Shown here piece by piece: positions 38,716 through 52,290 of a stretch of DNA of 64,000 nucleotides. The first letter of the stretch is position 1; every line of letters starts with the position of its first letter. The notes under the pieces were generated by a model. The model worked only from the letters and a program-made list of their open reading frames with translations. It was not told the origin of the DNA and made no database searches. The position numbers and the translations under genes were made by a program. The stretch is from Podarcis cretensis (Eukaryota). Location: positions 13,578,001 through 13,642,000 of the forward strand of contig OX638155.1 in assembly GCA_951804945.1 (NCBI GenBank). The letters are read 5' to 3'.

Positions 38716-40509
38716 GAGATGCCTCTTCTTAAGAGGAGGCCTTTAGCTATTAATCCACCCCTTTCTCTTCTCCCCACATTTATTTAACAACAGCGAGCCT
38801 CTCTTTTCATTACTAGTATTGTCCAGCAATGCTCTGGAATATTGATCTGAAGTCCATTGGCTGCATGCCCTGTAATGTGAACACTTTAATACACAAACTA
38901 TTATGTGATATATCATATTGAATATTCCTTGATTATGTTCTTAAATTTAATTTGTTCGATTTATTGATGCAGACTGGTTATACAGATAGATGTTTTTGTT
39001 TTTTTAAACAAAAACAACTAATTACAAAGACTCTTTTTACTCTGGAAGCCATCCACTAAGGTCAGTCATTTATTCTGGAGAACATCTGCGCAAACCTACC
39101 GATGAAATAAAATGATCAGCTCAGGGTACCTCAGCCTTCTGCAATTAATTTGTTGGCTAGCAGAGACAGTGCCTTTACCATTGTGGCACCCCAAATGTGG
39201 AATGTCCCCCCCAAACATGTTTACCTGACACCTTCTTTCAACATATATTTGGTGCCCGATGAAATCAGCCCTCCCCTGCAGGCTTTCAATGACTCTTAAT
39301 GATTGCTAATCTTACAGAACAATCCTATATGTATCTGTGTGTACTGTATTCAGTAGTAAGTCCCATTGAGTTCAATGGGCTTACTCCCAGGTAAATGGAT
39401 GTAGGATTATAGTTTATCTTCTGTGATAATGATATGTTTTGTTTTACACTGAATTAGCTGAATGTATATAATCAGCTTTAGATCTGAATTTAATGGAAGG
39501 ACGAGAGATATATTTTAATAAATGTACAAGGAGAGCAGGGCTCCTCACCTTGAACAGTTGTGCAGAAGAAGAAATCTCAGCAAATGAAACTTTACTCCCC
39601 CCTGAATGATTACAGCTGGGGGAAAACTGTAGTGTTGGCTTCATTTTCATTATCAAACACTTCTGGGAGGTTTTGACGTAGAAATATGGGACAACATGAG
39701 CTATTTTTCATCCAAGTCCTGGAACTGTGCAAGAAGCCCCAAAGGTCTGGACATTTCAAGGCTGCAAAGGCTAAGCTAGCCCATAGTGTCTAGGTCCGAG
39801 AAATTCAGACACCTTACATTCATATACCCTGTGCAAACCTTCTCCTTGACTGTGAAGCTTTGGGCAACACAAGAGATAGAGGTGTCTCACCGACTTGTAC
39901 CTAAGAATTAGTGGCATAATTAAACCCTGTCCCCTTTTGCTTCTGATCTCCCTGCTCTCTAGTCCTCATATTAGGCAAAACAAATTCACATCTGATCTGC
40001 CTCATAAAAACAAGCACCCTATATAAATGTCCTTGCCAGTACTATTCTGCAAACTACATCTAAGAGACTTCAGACAGATTCATTTTAATGTGTACGAAAA
40101 TCCTTTCGTAATGCCGTCTTAGGAACTCAGAAGTGACACAAAGGGTCATATTGAGGCAAGGTCTCTATCTAGAAACAGTGTGGGAGAAAAAGGTAACCTT
40201 GCAAGTTTTAGAGAACTGTGTTGGATGTGATCAGATAGGACAGTGCTTCTTTGATCTAGAAGGAGAAAAAGATAAGCTGATGTATATTGGTCGTGGCAAA
40301 AAATGAAAAAGGCCAACAATTTCCTAAACTTTCTAGAGGAATATCTAGGTCAGCACATTGCAACAGAGTTTCAGAAAACACCCATTGTACTTCTGGGCTC
40401 ACGGTATTCTTCTTCTGATTTTGTTTCTCTCTTCTTTTTGCTCCTTTTCACAGCACTTCACCAAGTTACTGACTTGTTCCGTTCAAATATTTGTTCAAAC
40501 CCCCACTTA

Positions 40510-40723
40510 TAGGGCTGCCATATTTCAAAAAGTAAAAACCAGGACCCCCGAAAATATTGAGCTTTTTTTAGACAACCCCCAAAGTTTTTGAGATTCCCCC
40601 CCTCAAAAAAAGCTCACAATTTTTCATTTGACTTGCCTAAGATCCAGGACAAAGCGCCGCCTTTCGGAAATTCCCCCTGGACATCAATCCCGCCTTCAAA
40701 ATCCCAGACATATGGCAGCCCCA
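40510..40723. mobile_element. hAT (Blackjack-like) MITE
   Basis: TIRs TAGGGCTGCCATAT...ATATGGCAGCCCCA with flanking direct repeat CCACTTA(T). Confidence 0.85.
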
Positions 40724-40959
40724 CCACTTATCTACATCTCCCCTTATTCAAAGCATTCATTTATCTCTTCCTCTGTTTTATCCTGGTTTCTCCATGTTAT
40801 GAACTGCCAAATTTAAAAGCAAGATTTCAATGGCAAACAAAAACTTAGAAAGCTGCCTTGTACCAAGTCAGATCATTACTCCATTTGGCTCATTGTCCAT
40901 ACAATAAGCCCACAACTTATGCACATTTAAGTTGTGCACAGTCTACTTTACACAGTCGG

Positions 40960-40996
40960 CAAAGAAGAGGAAAGAAAGAAAGAAAGAAAGAGAAAG

Positions 40997-41047
<51 letters not shown>

Positions 41048-41060
41048 GGAGGAGGAGGAT
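40960..41060. repeat. (AAAG)n/(GAG)n purine microsatellite
   Basis: Direct reading. Confidence 0.95.
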
Positions 41061-41189
41061 GATGTCTGGGGAGGGGGAGACTTTGGCAATCCCACCTGCC
41101 ATTGCACCCAATGTGTTTTGACTATACACAGCTGGCATTAGGCACAATTTCAAGAATGCAACCCAAAGGTAAATTGATGGCTTACCATA

Positions 41190-41310
41190 CTACTGGCAGT
41201 GGCTTTCCAAGATTTCAGGTAGAGCACATTCCCAGCTCCACATGGAGCTGCTGGAGATTGAACCTGGATTCTTCTGCATGCAGAGCAGATACTACACAAA
41301 TGACCTGTAA
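41190..41310 (-). mobile_element. Old tRNA-derived SINE fragment
   Basis: GAGATTGAACCTGGATTCTTCTGCATGCAGAGCAGATACTACAC is the reverse complement of a tRNA-like head with box B. Confidence 0.55.
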
Positions 41311-41318
41311 CCCTAGGT

Positions 41319-41451
41319 CAGTGATGGCCAAACTTGGCCCTCTGGCTGTTTTGGGACTACAACTCCTACCATCCCTAGCTAACAGAACCAGTGGTCAGGG
41401 ATGATGGGAACTGTAGTCCCAAAACAACTGGAAGGCCAAGTTTGGCCACTG
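41319..41451. mobile_element. Palindromic hAT MITE
   Basis: Palindrome with TSD CCCTAGGT/TCATAGGT (6/8 match). Confidence 0.9.
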
Positions 41452-41954
41452 TCATAGGTTGATCATGTCTGCACTTTTAATGGGGCAAATTTCTGACACC
41501 ACAAATACACTTCTAGAGAGCACCTTCTCATACTTTTCTCAGTACACTTAAACCACATGCCTACCTTGGTATTATGGTCTGTGGTCCTGTCAATACAGGA
41601 GGAAGGAGTGAAACAGGGAAGAGGGATTGCCAGGAGAAAGCCACTGAAAGGAACCATTTCAACTTGTTTCCTAGTGCTTCCCTATTTCTAGTGCTTCCCT
41701 ATTCCTTCCCCCATTTATTCTTCTGTGTGGCTGCACAGCTGCGCTTTCCACCCTGGTATTCACCCACATTTCAACTCAGACCAACCCTGTGAAAGAAAGA
41801 CACAACACTACTGCAAAATAGATCAGAAGTTGAGAAACCCTTAGAAGATGTAATAATTTACTCCCTGGCTCAAACATAGCAACAAACCATCAAACTTTAA
41901 ATGTTGAATTGGTAGATTAATCAACCAATGCTTTGGTTGATTAATTGGCAGCAA

Positions 41955-42330
41955 GGGCACCAGCTCATGGGGACTGAGGCACTGTGGGGGGCCCCAGTCT
42001 TTTTTTGATGGGGCCCACCCCCTCAATGCCAGAGGCACTGGTGGAGGAAGAGGGGAGCAGGGGGAGTGCACTGCCCCTGGCAGCACGATCCCGGTGGGGT
42101 GCCATCTCAGCTGCCCCCCGCCCATGCTGGGCACCACGCCCCCGCAGGAGGTGCACCATTGCCCCCAGGATGCACACCATGTCCCTGCCAGTGGTGTGCC
42201 ATGCCCCCAGGGTACGCACCATGCCCCCAGGACACGCACTATGCCCCCGGGACACGCGCCCCACCTGCTCTCTGCCTCCCGGTGCCAGAGCATGAAGCTC
42301 TACCACTGGCCAGAGGAGCCCCTCCCCCAC
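41955..42330. repeat. GC-rich island with ~21-bp minisatellite (GCACCATGCCCCCAGG core), probably DNA-transposon derived
   Basis: Several degenerate GCACCATGCCCCC(A/G)GG units between about 42150 and 42265. Confidence 0.6.
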
Positions 42331-44782
42331 ATCAGAATGTCACGTGAAGTCAGGACATCATGTCCACCCTACCCAACCCCCCTGCCTCTCATTGGCAGGG
42401 AACAATATCAGCCAATAAGGGAAAAGTTAATTGCATTAAGGTCACATGTTGAATTGTTGGCAGTTCTGTCTGTTTTGGTTCCAATGTGTTACTGCCAAAG
42501 TGATTCAAAATAAGATGTATTTCCATTCTAACAGTGAGTGGTAACTTTTATCAACTTGTCCATTCACTTATATTTCTCCCAGGATCTCAGAAAGACACCC
42601 CTATTGAGACTTTATTGATGTATTCAAATCTACTTGATTAAATTTAAAAAGCAGATGACTAATCAACTACAAATAAAACTCTGTCATATTTCTCTTACCA
42701 CGTTACTTTCTCAAAAAGCTTTTTCTTTTCTGAGTAGGAGGCAGCATAGATTAAACCAAGTAGAGGAATAATGTGAAACTAACGTACACTGTCATTTGAA
42801 CAATTCAGAGTTTGTAAATGCAGTTTACAATCAACTTAACTAGCCCTATATATTGGATTTATTGAATAGAAATATGGAATTCTGGGACAAAAGAACATTT
42901 GGCTTGAAGAGGAAGACATTTTTGCAAGGGTAACTAAAGGCTTCACAAGTTTGCTTTGTCCCAGTTTTGAATAAAAGCAGGACAAATACAGCTGGGAGGC
43001 AGTCAAATATAACTCCTGGTATTGTAAATCCCAAATGTGATATGCTAATCTGAATAACAGAATCCTTATAAAAATTAACGGAGTGCTTGCTTTACTTTAC
43101 AAATGCCATTGTCATCATTAAAAGGTATCTCACACCAGAAGAGTACCATGTGTTTGTGTGCACTAGGGTCATGGCATGAGAATCCAAACAACACATACCA
43201 GATAAAACTGATGGGGCTTAATGAAGGAGTAGCAGAAATCAGGAGGACAGGAACTTGTAGCAGCCAATTGTAGATTTTAGGAGCAATAAATAGGAAGGTT
43301 AGGGAATTGACTTGCTAGATAAATAGAACAAAGAAGGTCCAGGGTAAAGAGAAAAGGAATAAGGGGAAAGGAAAGAGGGGATGAGAGGAGAAGGAAAAAG
43401 CAGTCAATAGCCTGTGAGCATGCACAGAACAAGAAGATTAAGGAAAGAGGAAGTCATTGGTGGGGAGCTGCAAAGAAGGACGGGACACTTTTTTGCACAA
43501 TGGGCCATATAGTAACTCACCCTTTGCAGGCCAAGTTGGAGGTGCCCAGCTATCAACCACCTGATACCACAACGGCATTGGGTGACTTCCCCCCTGCACT
43601 TTTGCATATCGCTCTGAAAGAGGTTTTGCAAGCAACACTGATCAGATGATTGGCTGAGCCAGGTTTTTACCAGCCCCACCTGTAGGACAGGTGACGGGCC
43701 AAATGGGGATGCTTGGCAGGCCAAATTCGGCTCAACCCTGCTGTAAATATAAAGAATAGGAGCCTGGATCTGGATTTCTTATCTGATAAGATAAGCAACA
43801 ACATGGCTTAACAGATCAGAGATTCTAGTACAGTGCAAAAGAAGAGTTAGCTAGTTTTTCCATTGCCCTGTGGGAAATGTCTTGATGTAATTGTGGTATG
43901 CAGAAAATAAGGGTCTTTGCAATTACACCCAAAGATGAATGACTTCATATCCTTCCTGTAACTCAAGAAATATATAGGGCAAATACTCCAAAAACAATCC
44001 TTTGAGGAGGAAACTGTTTTGAGGCTTCTGTGAGTACACCTGATAATGTACGTTTCAATGGATGCTTGCCTGCCTTCATTGCCACAATAAAGCCTGTGAA
44101 CTCCCACAAGCTAAACAAAGCATTCTCTAGCAGCAAGCCCAAGAAAACTAGATGTCAGCATTTATTAGGAGCCCAACCATAGGACAACCTTTTATTTTCA
44201 GCATCTAAACTTCAGTTAAAAAAAGAAAAGAAGCAGCAGCAAATACCTTTCTGATACTGTGCTGGCTGCTGAATGTGGCTAGAGAGTTTGTATAAATAGA
44301 AATGAGATGTTCCCTGGGGCAATCCTCTACTTATGATGTAGCCAGAACTATGGGAAACCTTAGGAAAAACTTGATATTTACAATACATATTGAAGAAATA
44401 GGAACTAAGAGGAGATTAATCGACAACAGTTTTCGTAGCTCTTTGCAGAGGAAGGATTAACTCCACGAATCACTGTTGCTTCTACAGTATTTGCACAAGC
44501 CACAGGTTTGGCTTAACAAACCCCAGTGTTTCGCACTTCCTAATCCCCGAGTAATAAAAAGTAATGGGGCAGCTTTACAGGATCAGTTTCCATGTGACAA
44601 GAGAGTACCGGAGAGTATATTCTCAGGCAGCGGTACTTTATGAAACCATTAGTCCCCCAAAATAAAGGTGTAGCTTTTGAAGAAACAGCACAACTCCCCC
44701 CAGCCCAAGACCTTTCTTGATCATTCCTAAAAAACTTCTCTCTCTCTCTTTCTGGCTGTACCCAAAGCATTTCTTCTCCCTA

Positions 44783-45137
44783 AAGTAAAGGTAAAGGGAC
44801 CCCTGACTATTAGGTCCAGTCGTGACCGACTCTGGGTTTGAGGCGCACATCTCGCTTTATTGGCCGAGGGAGCCGGCGTACAGCTTCAGGGTCATGTGGC
44901 CAGCATGACTAAGCCGCTTCTGGTGAACCAGAGCAGCGCATGAAAATGCCGTTTACCTTCCCACTGGAGTGGTACCTATTTATCTACTTGCACTTTGATG
45001 TGCTTTCGAACTGCTATGTTGGCAAGAGCAGGGACCGAGCAACGGGAGCTCACCCCGATGCAGGGATTCAAACCGCCGACCTTCTGATCGGCAAGTCCTA
45101 GGCTCTGTGGTTTAACCCACAGTGCCACCTGCGTCCC
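44783..45137 (-). mobile_element. Sauria SINE, full length
   Basis: TSD CATTTCTTCTCCCTA (44768-44782 / 45137-45151). Confidence 0.95.
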
Positions 45138-46487
45138 ATTTCTTCTCCCTAGCCCACCACATTTCAGTTCCTACCCTAACATCCAGATGAAAAATATCTA
45201 GCAGGCCTGAACTGTCCATTTAAATAATATGAATTGCTAAATGCCCCAGACCTGCAAAAGTCCAGAGGGGATGAAGAGCGGGACAGCATGGAACTCAACG
45301 ATAGCCTTTAGCTTCTGTTTCAATTTTGACAGAGGCTTATGTGCTAAACTCACAAACGTGACACATTGGTGACGCAGAAAACTCCCCACAAGGTGACTTT
45401 CACCTACCACTTTCAGAGAATGAATTCACCTCCACTTAGTTCTGGAAATTAGCTTTCCAGATCAGAATTAGCCTATAAGACTCTTGACAGGGACATTCAG
45501 ATGAAGCTGGGGGCAAATATATTCAATTTTGCACTTTTAAAAGTGTTACGTCTGAAGTAAATGGGAACAACTCCAGAGTCTTTATGAAAGACTGTAGAAA
45601 GTAGAGTTCGGGACAGTTCTAGGATATCATCACTTGTATGAAGAGTATTAACGCAGTACAATGGTAGTGCTTTTGTTCCTGAAGAAGCTCAACCACCTTA
45701 TTAACTCTCCCTTTGTTCATGTGAAGTCTCTGATTACTTTGGCCATCATCTAGAATTCACTCATTGCAGAACCAAAATCACTTTATAAATAGTGTATTAC
45801 ACTACTTGGGCTCAATTCAAATTCAAAACTTCTTTTTGTCCATAAGTATCCTTATAAGTATAATTAGGATGACAGTGTCACTATTCACTAGGGAAACGTG
45901 TTGCTAAAGAGTGGCTTCAATTCAGCACACAAAATACATGTTGCAAGCTGCGCAATCCTTGTAATAGTCTATGGCTGCCATGCATCTTTTGTTCCTCTGA
46001 AGCAGCACTCACAAAATGAGCAATTAAAAATCAAAGTTGATCTTAAAGTCCATAAGCAAAAGGGTATGAACAGCAAACTCCTCAAGTGAATGAAAAGTCA
46101 TCTGTAATTAAAAAAACAACACACGCAACAGTACTGATATATAAATTGGGACAATGAAGAGAAGGGGGAAATCAGCCACAGAACAGGGGGGAAGCAGACT
46201 GAGGTGATTTCCCAGTTGTTTAATTCAGGATGATCATTGTGCTGTGTGTGCCTCAGAAAGACTAAGATTTAACTAACTATGGGAAGGTGACACAGCTGCG
46301 ATATTAGCACAAAAGGAAAGAAGTCCTTGTGGACAGAGTGTTAATAAAACTACAATTCACAAAGATAACACAGAAAAGACTTGTGAGTTGTGACTTGCAT
46401 CCTGCTCTGAAGAGGGGAAGGGGAATGAAGACAACAGATTTCTATTGTTTGCATTGGCTGCAAACATAAGAATAGAAGACTATAGTA

Positions 46488-46713
46488 CAGTGGTACCTCA
46501 GGTTACATACGTTTCAGGTTACACACTCCACTAACCCAGAAATAGTGCTTCAGGTTAAGAACTTTGCTTCAGGATGAGAACAGAAATTGTTCTCCAGCGG
46601 CGCGGCAGCAGCAGTAGGCCCCATTAGCTAAAGTGGTGCTTCAGGTTAAGAACAGTTTCAGGTTAAGAACAGACCTCCGGAACGAATTAAGTACTTAACC
46701 CGAGGTACCACTG
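46488..46713 (-). mobile_element. Tc1/mariner-pogo (Tigger-like) MITE, 226 bp
   Basis: TIRs CAGTGGTACCTC...GAGGTACCACTG with a TA TSD. Inverted copy of 4703-4928. Confidence 0.9.
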
Positions 46714-47751
46714 TACATGAAAAAACCCGACACAGGGAATGTACCAATAATGAAACCAAGGACCATTATGTCCCAGTTAGTTTCATATCACTTGGAGTAT
46801 ATGAGGACTTCCGCTCAAAATCCTGTCTAAATTTGGCTGCACATAGCACAGGAGCTCGTTTGCGATACTGAGACCTGATCCATCCGTAACATACCTGATA
46901 GTTGGTAGGAAGGTAGGGTGCTTCAACTATAAGAGCTTCTACTCAATGTATATATGGAAACACAAGACGGTTTCGATGGCAACTATCTTGCCCTTTGCAA
47001 CAGCAGTGAAATATGAGCTGAGAACAGGCAAGCAATACTGCTTTTCCAAGAAATCCTATTCCCTCCATGGCACGCAGGCAGATGTGCTGTTTTCTCCTGG
47101 GAAAGGTCATAAAGTGAGGTCATTTCAGCCACTGAGTAAATGTAATCCCCATGAATTTAAAGTCTATACTGAGATACTGTAAGGGGTTTCCCTTTGATCT
47201 CCCTCGTGCTGACGAAATGCGTGTACATCAGCTTTGTACACTTTAGGCACCAGATTTAGCCTTCTTTGCAGTTTTATTTATATCTTCTACACTGACTTTT
47301 ATTCTCAGCTCTGTTGTAGCTGACATTTCTTGGTGCAACTGCAGCAGCAATTAATTAATGCCATCAGTTGTGCGAGCAATTTTACTTAGCACTTTTTTTG
47401 TACAGGGCCTCTATAGAGAGAAGTATTGCAGGTTCGCATAAAGGAACATACTTTCCTTCATCAACATTTATCCAAACCAGATATAGCAAAATAAAAGCTC
47501 ATGGACAGGAACTACCCCACATGGTGATGTTTTCCTTACCCCGCTTGCATTTCTAGGCAGCACCTTGTTAACTGGATTTATAAAAGGGTAGCATGTTTAT
47601 TCATGGATGCTGTGAAGGATCTGCCTCACTCAACTCCATGACTTCTCCACTGTCCACACATGGACACTGGTGTATCACCTCCTTACCTAACCTGCTCTTG
47701 TGCCTGTTCACACATAGCACACAGAATTACAACTCCTCTGTCATGGGAAAG

Positions 47752-48187
47752 GTCCATATAGTTAAAGCTATGGTTTTCCCAGTAGTATGGAAGTGAGAGC
47801 TGGACCATAAGGAAGGCTGATCGCCGAAGAATTGATGCTTTTGAATTATGGTGCTGGAGGAGACTCTTGAGAGTCCCATGGACTGCAAGAAGATCAAACC
47901 TCTCCATTTCAAGGAAATCAGCCCTGAGTGCTCACTGGAAGGACAGATCCTGAAGCTGAGACTCCAATACTTTGGCCACCTCATGAGAAGACTCTCGGGA
48001 AAAGACCCTGATGTTGGGAAAGATGGAGGGCACAAGGAGAAGGGGATGAGAGAGGACGAGATGGTTGGATAGTGTTCTCGAAGCTACCAGCATGAGTTTG
48101 ACCAAACTGCGGGAGGCAGTGGAAGACAGGAGTGCCTGGCGTGCTCTGGTCCATGGGGTCACGAAGAGTCGGACACGACTAAACAGC
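47752..48187 (+). mobile_element. BovB (RTE) LINE 3' fragment
   Basis: Frameshifted VKAMVFPVV...ESWTIRKADRRRIDAFELWCWRRLLRVPWTARRSN...KEISPECSLEGQILKLRLQYFGHLMRR. TSD CATGGGAAAG (47742-47751 / 48188-48197). Confidence 0.95.
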
Positions 48188-49125
48188 CATGGGAAAGTAG
48201 GTTATTTAGAAGAGTGTTAGACTACTAAGGTCCTTACCAATCACTTTCCATTTCATAACATACAGAAACCAATACTTTTTCTTAGGCTTATGCACATTTT
48301 TCTTAAGAGGCTCTCTGCTCTTCCGCTTTTGTGTTTGTGCACGTTGCAGCTTTAAATTCATTTGCAAAGAATGACTCTTTCTCCTGGTTTTAGCTTGCTT
48401 GTTCAAAGCTCCACTTTCCTGTTCAGTTGTTGTTTTTTAGGTACATGTGATTTCATTCAGCTGAATTCTTGCTGAGATATTCTTATTAACATTTTCTTCC
48501 CTCCTGCCTCTGGGTCTGGTATTTCAACCACCTTTCCCATCCAGAGAATGCTCACATTACTGCCTTCAAAAGCAGGAAAGTTGGGTTTTCTCAGCTGTGT
48601 TTCACAGCTTTCCCCTACTTGTTAGCAACTTCATTCATGTCATGATTTGTTTGTTTGTGGGCACACTAGGGGGCTGACAGGCAGGATGTCTTTGTGTAAA
48701 AGGGTTTGCACCTTGTTGAGACACAAAGTAGGAAAAGCTTTAGGACTCCAACCAGTGTGAAGCTGGTTTCAGAAACAATGCATCCAACTGTAGTATTTTA
48801 TAACAAAGTACAGGATACATATGCATTGTGTGAAAGGGGGAAACAGCTTATAGCCATTGTTAGATTCCCTAGTATAGTCAATAGGGGGAAAAGAAAGCCT
48901 CAAATAAACAGATTTAATTTGGACTAAAATAACAAGTCTACCCTGAAAGAAACACAGCCAACAGAACTGCAAGAAAACTGGACTGCTATCCCAGCTCTAC
49001 AGATGCAAGGTGAATCTTCACACCACTAGCATATAACCAACAACTCTTAAAATAAGAAGCAGATTTAAAGAGACAGTAACATGCATATGCAAACCAAGTG
49101 TTGTTACATATTCTACCTGGGAGTA

Positions 49126-49162
49126 ATTATATTATATTATATTATATTATATTATATTATAT
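49126..49162. repeat. (ATATT)n microsatellite
   Basis: Direct reading. Confidence 0.9.
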
Positions 49163-49299
49163 TAGTGCTTCATAAATATGTGACTGACACAATTCTCCAG
49201 GTTTATTCATCCCATGCCTATGCCCCACTGATCCCCACTGAATTTATTAATGGTTCAGACAGTAGAGGCTCTTAATCTCAGGGCTGTCATTTCAAGCCA

Positions 49300-49385
49300 C
49301 ACATTGAGCAAAAAGATTCCTGCTTTGCAAGGGGTTGTACTAGATGACCCCGGTGGTCCCTCCCAAGTCTACAATTCTATGATTC
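49300..49385 (+). mobile_element. CR1 LINE 3' end
   Basis: GGGGTTGTACTAGATGACCCC...GGTCCCTCCCAAGTCTACAATTCTATGATTC, the canonical CR1 terminus with ATTCTATG. Confidence 0.8.
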
Positions 49386-50597
49386 CAGGCTCCATTTTTC
49401 ACAGTGTGATCACTGCAGGTAGAATCAGCAAGGAAGTACCTGGAGGGGAGATCTCCACAAAGTGGTGATGGCTGGTGGGACAGTGGAAAAAAAACAAACA
49501 GTTGTAGCCGTTGCAGGTAGGATCCCTAACTGTGTCTAACTCAGGGCTGGAAGCGATTCTCCCCCAGGGCTGCAGAGAAGCCTTATAAACAGCCCTTCAG
49601 TAAACCATTCAGCAGATTCTGAGCAACTGCTGAGTGGGGGAACTGCTTCGGGCCTAACTGTATGGCAGAACATGACTTCACCCTAGGCAGAAGACTCCCT
49701 TGCTATCAGGGCACTGCTTATGATTATTGATCTCTTATTAACTAATTGCTGTTGTACCCCTGTGTTTTCCCTTCTAATGGTGGCAAGCTCTGGAAATAAG
49801 CATTGGGGGGGGGGGAGCTTTGGAGCCAGGTTACCAACTGGCAGTGAAGGCTTAGGCATCACTGCCTACACCATGGCCCTGATCCAGTTGCCTTGGCTGC
49901 TTTTTAAGAAGGAAAAGAAGACGACAAAGCATTCCAGCCACATAATTCCTACATAGTATTTATTCTGGCTCTCGGCTTAATATACATAGTGCTATTCCTT
50001 GAGCACATTTTTATAGTTTTCTGCTTGAAATTGCTAGCACCTCTGTATCAAGAACAAAAAAGTTTAAAGTGATTTGAGGCAAAACAAATTCACTGAGCAG
50101 TGAAATATTATTATGCAGGAGATTCAACAATGTGTGACATATTACTTTTTCCTTACATTCAAGTTAGGCATCTGATCAAGGCCTGTATTTTAAAATGAGC
50201 TTAAAGATATATTTGCAAATGTTTGTATGTTTCATGCCAGGCAGAAACCAGCTGGCTAAGTACTTTGGCAGTTGTTTATCTTCCTGCTCTCCTGAACAAG
50301 GGCCCCTCTGATTTATAGCAGTAGCAGGAGACAAGTTTCTCAAAGTTGTAAATGGAATTACAGGCTGGGAGCAAATGTTACACTGACCCTACATATTACA
50401 GAATACAATCAAGCTGCAAAAACACTAATTAAGAGTTGGTAAATAGTAGGATTTCTTGTTTAACAGAAAATAATACCATGTGCCTCCCATCAGACTCTAG
50501 CCATATTTTCCTAAGGTTTAAGGTATACTGAGAGAGTTAAAGGGCAATAAATTTTGGGAAGAGCTAATGGGAAAAGCAGCTGGCTGGGAAAGGGGGG

Positions 50598-51838
50598 TGT
50601 AAACTGAAGAGGCTTCTTTTGAAGCTGTTTTTTACTGAGTTCCTTTTTACTTTGCAAAGGCCTTTTCTTCTAAAAAGCTATCTGTGCTGGTCCGGGGGGG
50701 GGGGGCGAGGTCCAGGACCTGAGTTGAGGGTCGGTAGACAGTCCTCCTCGGGCGAAGCGGGGTCCACAGAGGGAAGCCGGGCAACGACAGGAACTCTGGG
50801 GGAAACAGGACTGGATGCTGGCCAAAACAGCTCATCAACGACGTTGCTCCCGCACCCTGGGACCGGGCTGACTGGCCTTTATCTTCTCTGAGGCCAGGGG
50901 CAGCCCCGGCCCCCAGGAGACCCGCCTCTCCTGGCCTTAAGGCGAGCACTCCTCCTGGGAGAAACCAGTTCCCTTCGCCTCTCTGCCCTGAGCCTCTGCA
51001 GTTCAGGAGAGGCTGAAGGGTTACTGGGCCTAGGGGGAGACTCACCTGTAGGCACTGAGTCCTCAACCACCTCTGGAGCCAGAGTGGATTCACCTGGCTC
51101 CTGCTCCTGAGGATCTGGCACAGGTGCAGGTGCTTCAGAATCAAGGCCCTGCCCCAGTTCAGCCGGCCCTGGAGGCGAGGATCCTGTGCAGGCTGGGATT
51201 CCTCCGGTTCAGCCTCTGAATCGGATTCCCAGGCCATCACACTATGTTATGTATGAGATTTGTTGGCTTAATGTAATTAGGCAAAGGATTTAGAAAGTAA
51301 GAAATGTTAGATTCTTATGTTAGATTCTTATTTCATTGATGGTGTTTGAGAATGTGAACCCAAGATCTCTGTTTAGATAGAATTTAATACCACGAGCCAT
51401 TTGTTTTAGCCATTTGTTTTGGAATGCAGGGGCAACAGGGGCAAAAGGTGATGTGGTAATTAAGGTGCCTTGTCGAGGCAAATGTAAGATATATGGCTAC
51501 TTGTCTGCCATTTATGGATAGAAGGAAATATAGCTCTTTGTCTCCCATAAAAGGTAATAGGAAATGGGTGTATCTTTTATGATTGGTTCTAGCAAACAGC
51601 CAATAGGAATTTCAACCAGGCTGATTGGACAGAGGCAGCCAAAGGAGGAGCAAGGGGGCTGGGCTGAGGAAATATAAGTGCTGGCCATCAGGGCTGGAAG
51701 GGGCAGAGCTTTGGTAACCATATACCACTGTGCCTATCATTTATTTGTCTGACAAATAAATTATTATTTTAATTTCTCTATTGCTGCGTTGAATATTTCA
51801 TTCCAGCTAAGCGTTAACCACAAGCAGGGTGCTACACA
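50598..51838 (+). mobile_element. Probable LTR (host), interrupted by the 50683-51241 solo LTR
   Basis: TG at 50598 is preceded by a purine tract (GGGAAAGGGGGG). CCAAT at 51600-51604, TATAAG at 51673-51678, AATAAA at 51755-51760, CA end near 51838. No TSD found, so the left boundary is uncertain. Confidence 0.5.
50683..51241 (-). mobile_element. Solo LTR (Gypsy-like), 559 bp, containing an ORF broken by one frameshift
   Basis: TGTG...CACA termini with a 5-bp TSD CTATC/CTATG (one mismatch). GC-rich, and the ORF starts at LTR position +5. Confidence 0.75.
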
Positions 51839-52177
51839 AGTAGACGCAACAGTTTATTCAACATTTCAAAAATGAATAATCTATTTTTAAAAAAATAATC
51901 AAGTGTTGTAGCTTTCTGTTGAGGAGGGGGTGGATTTCCAGCATCTAAAGCATTTCAGAATATTCCAACAATACTTTCCCTAAGTACTATAAAATCTGAA
52001 ACAACTTGCTAAAAAATGTCTTAAAATTCTGTAGCATTTATTCATAAGAGTTTGGAGGGTGGGTTGCATAATTTATCTGCATTTTGGAGCATTTTCTTTT
52101 AATCCTGCAATAGTTGCTGATTTATTTATAATGTAATGTATGTAGATTTAAACAATAGCCCCCACCCCTCTTTTTCG

Positions 52178-52179
<2 letters not shown>

Positions 52180-52212
<33 letters not shown>
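52180..52212. repeat. (CA)n microsatellite
   Basis: Direct reading. Confidence 0.95.
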
Positions 52213-52214
<2 letters not shown>

Positions 52215-52231
52215 ATCTTTGGTGGACTATG

Positions 52232-52290
52232 ACATAGAATCATAGAATTGAAGACTTGAAGGGATCCCAAGTATCATCTAGTCCAACCAA
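52232..52290 (-). mobile_element. CR1 LINE 3' end
   Basis: CATAGAATCATAGAAT is the reverse complement of (ATTCTATG)2, followed by ...TCATCTAGTCCAACC. Confidence 0.8.
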
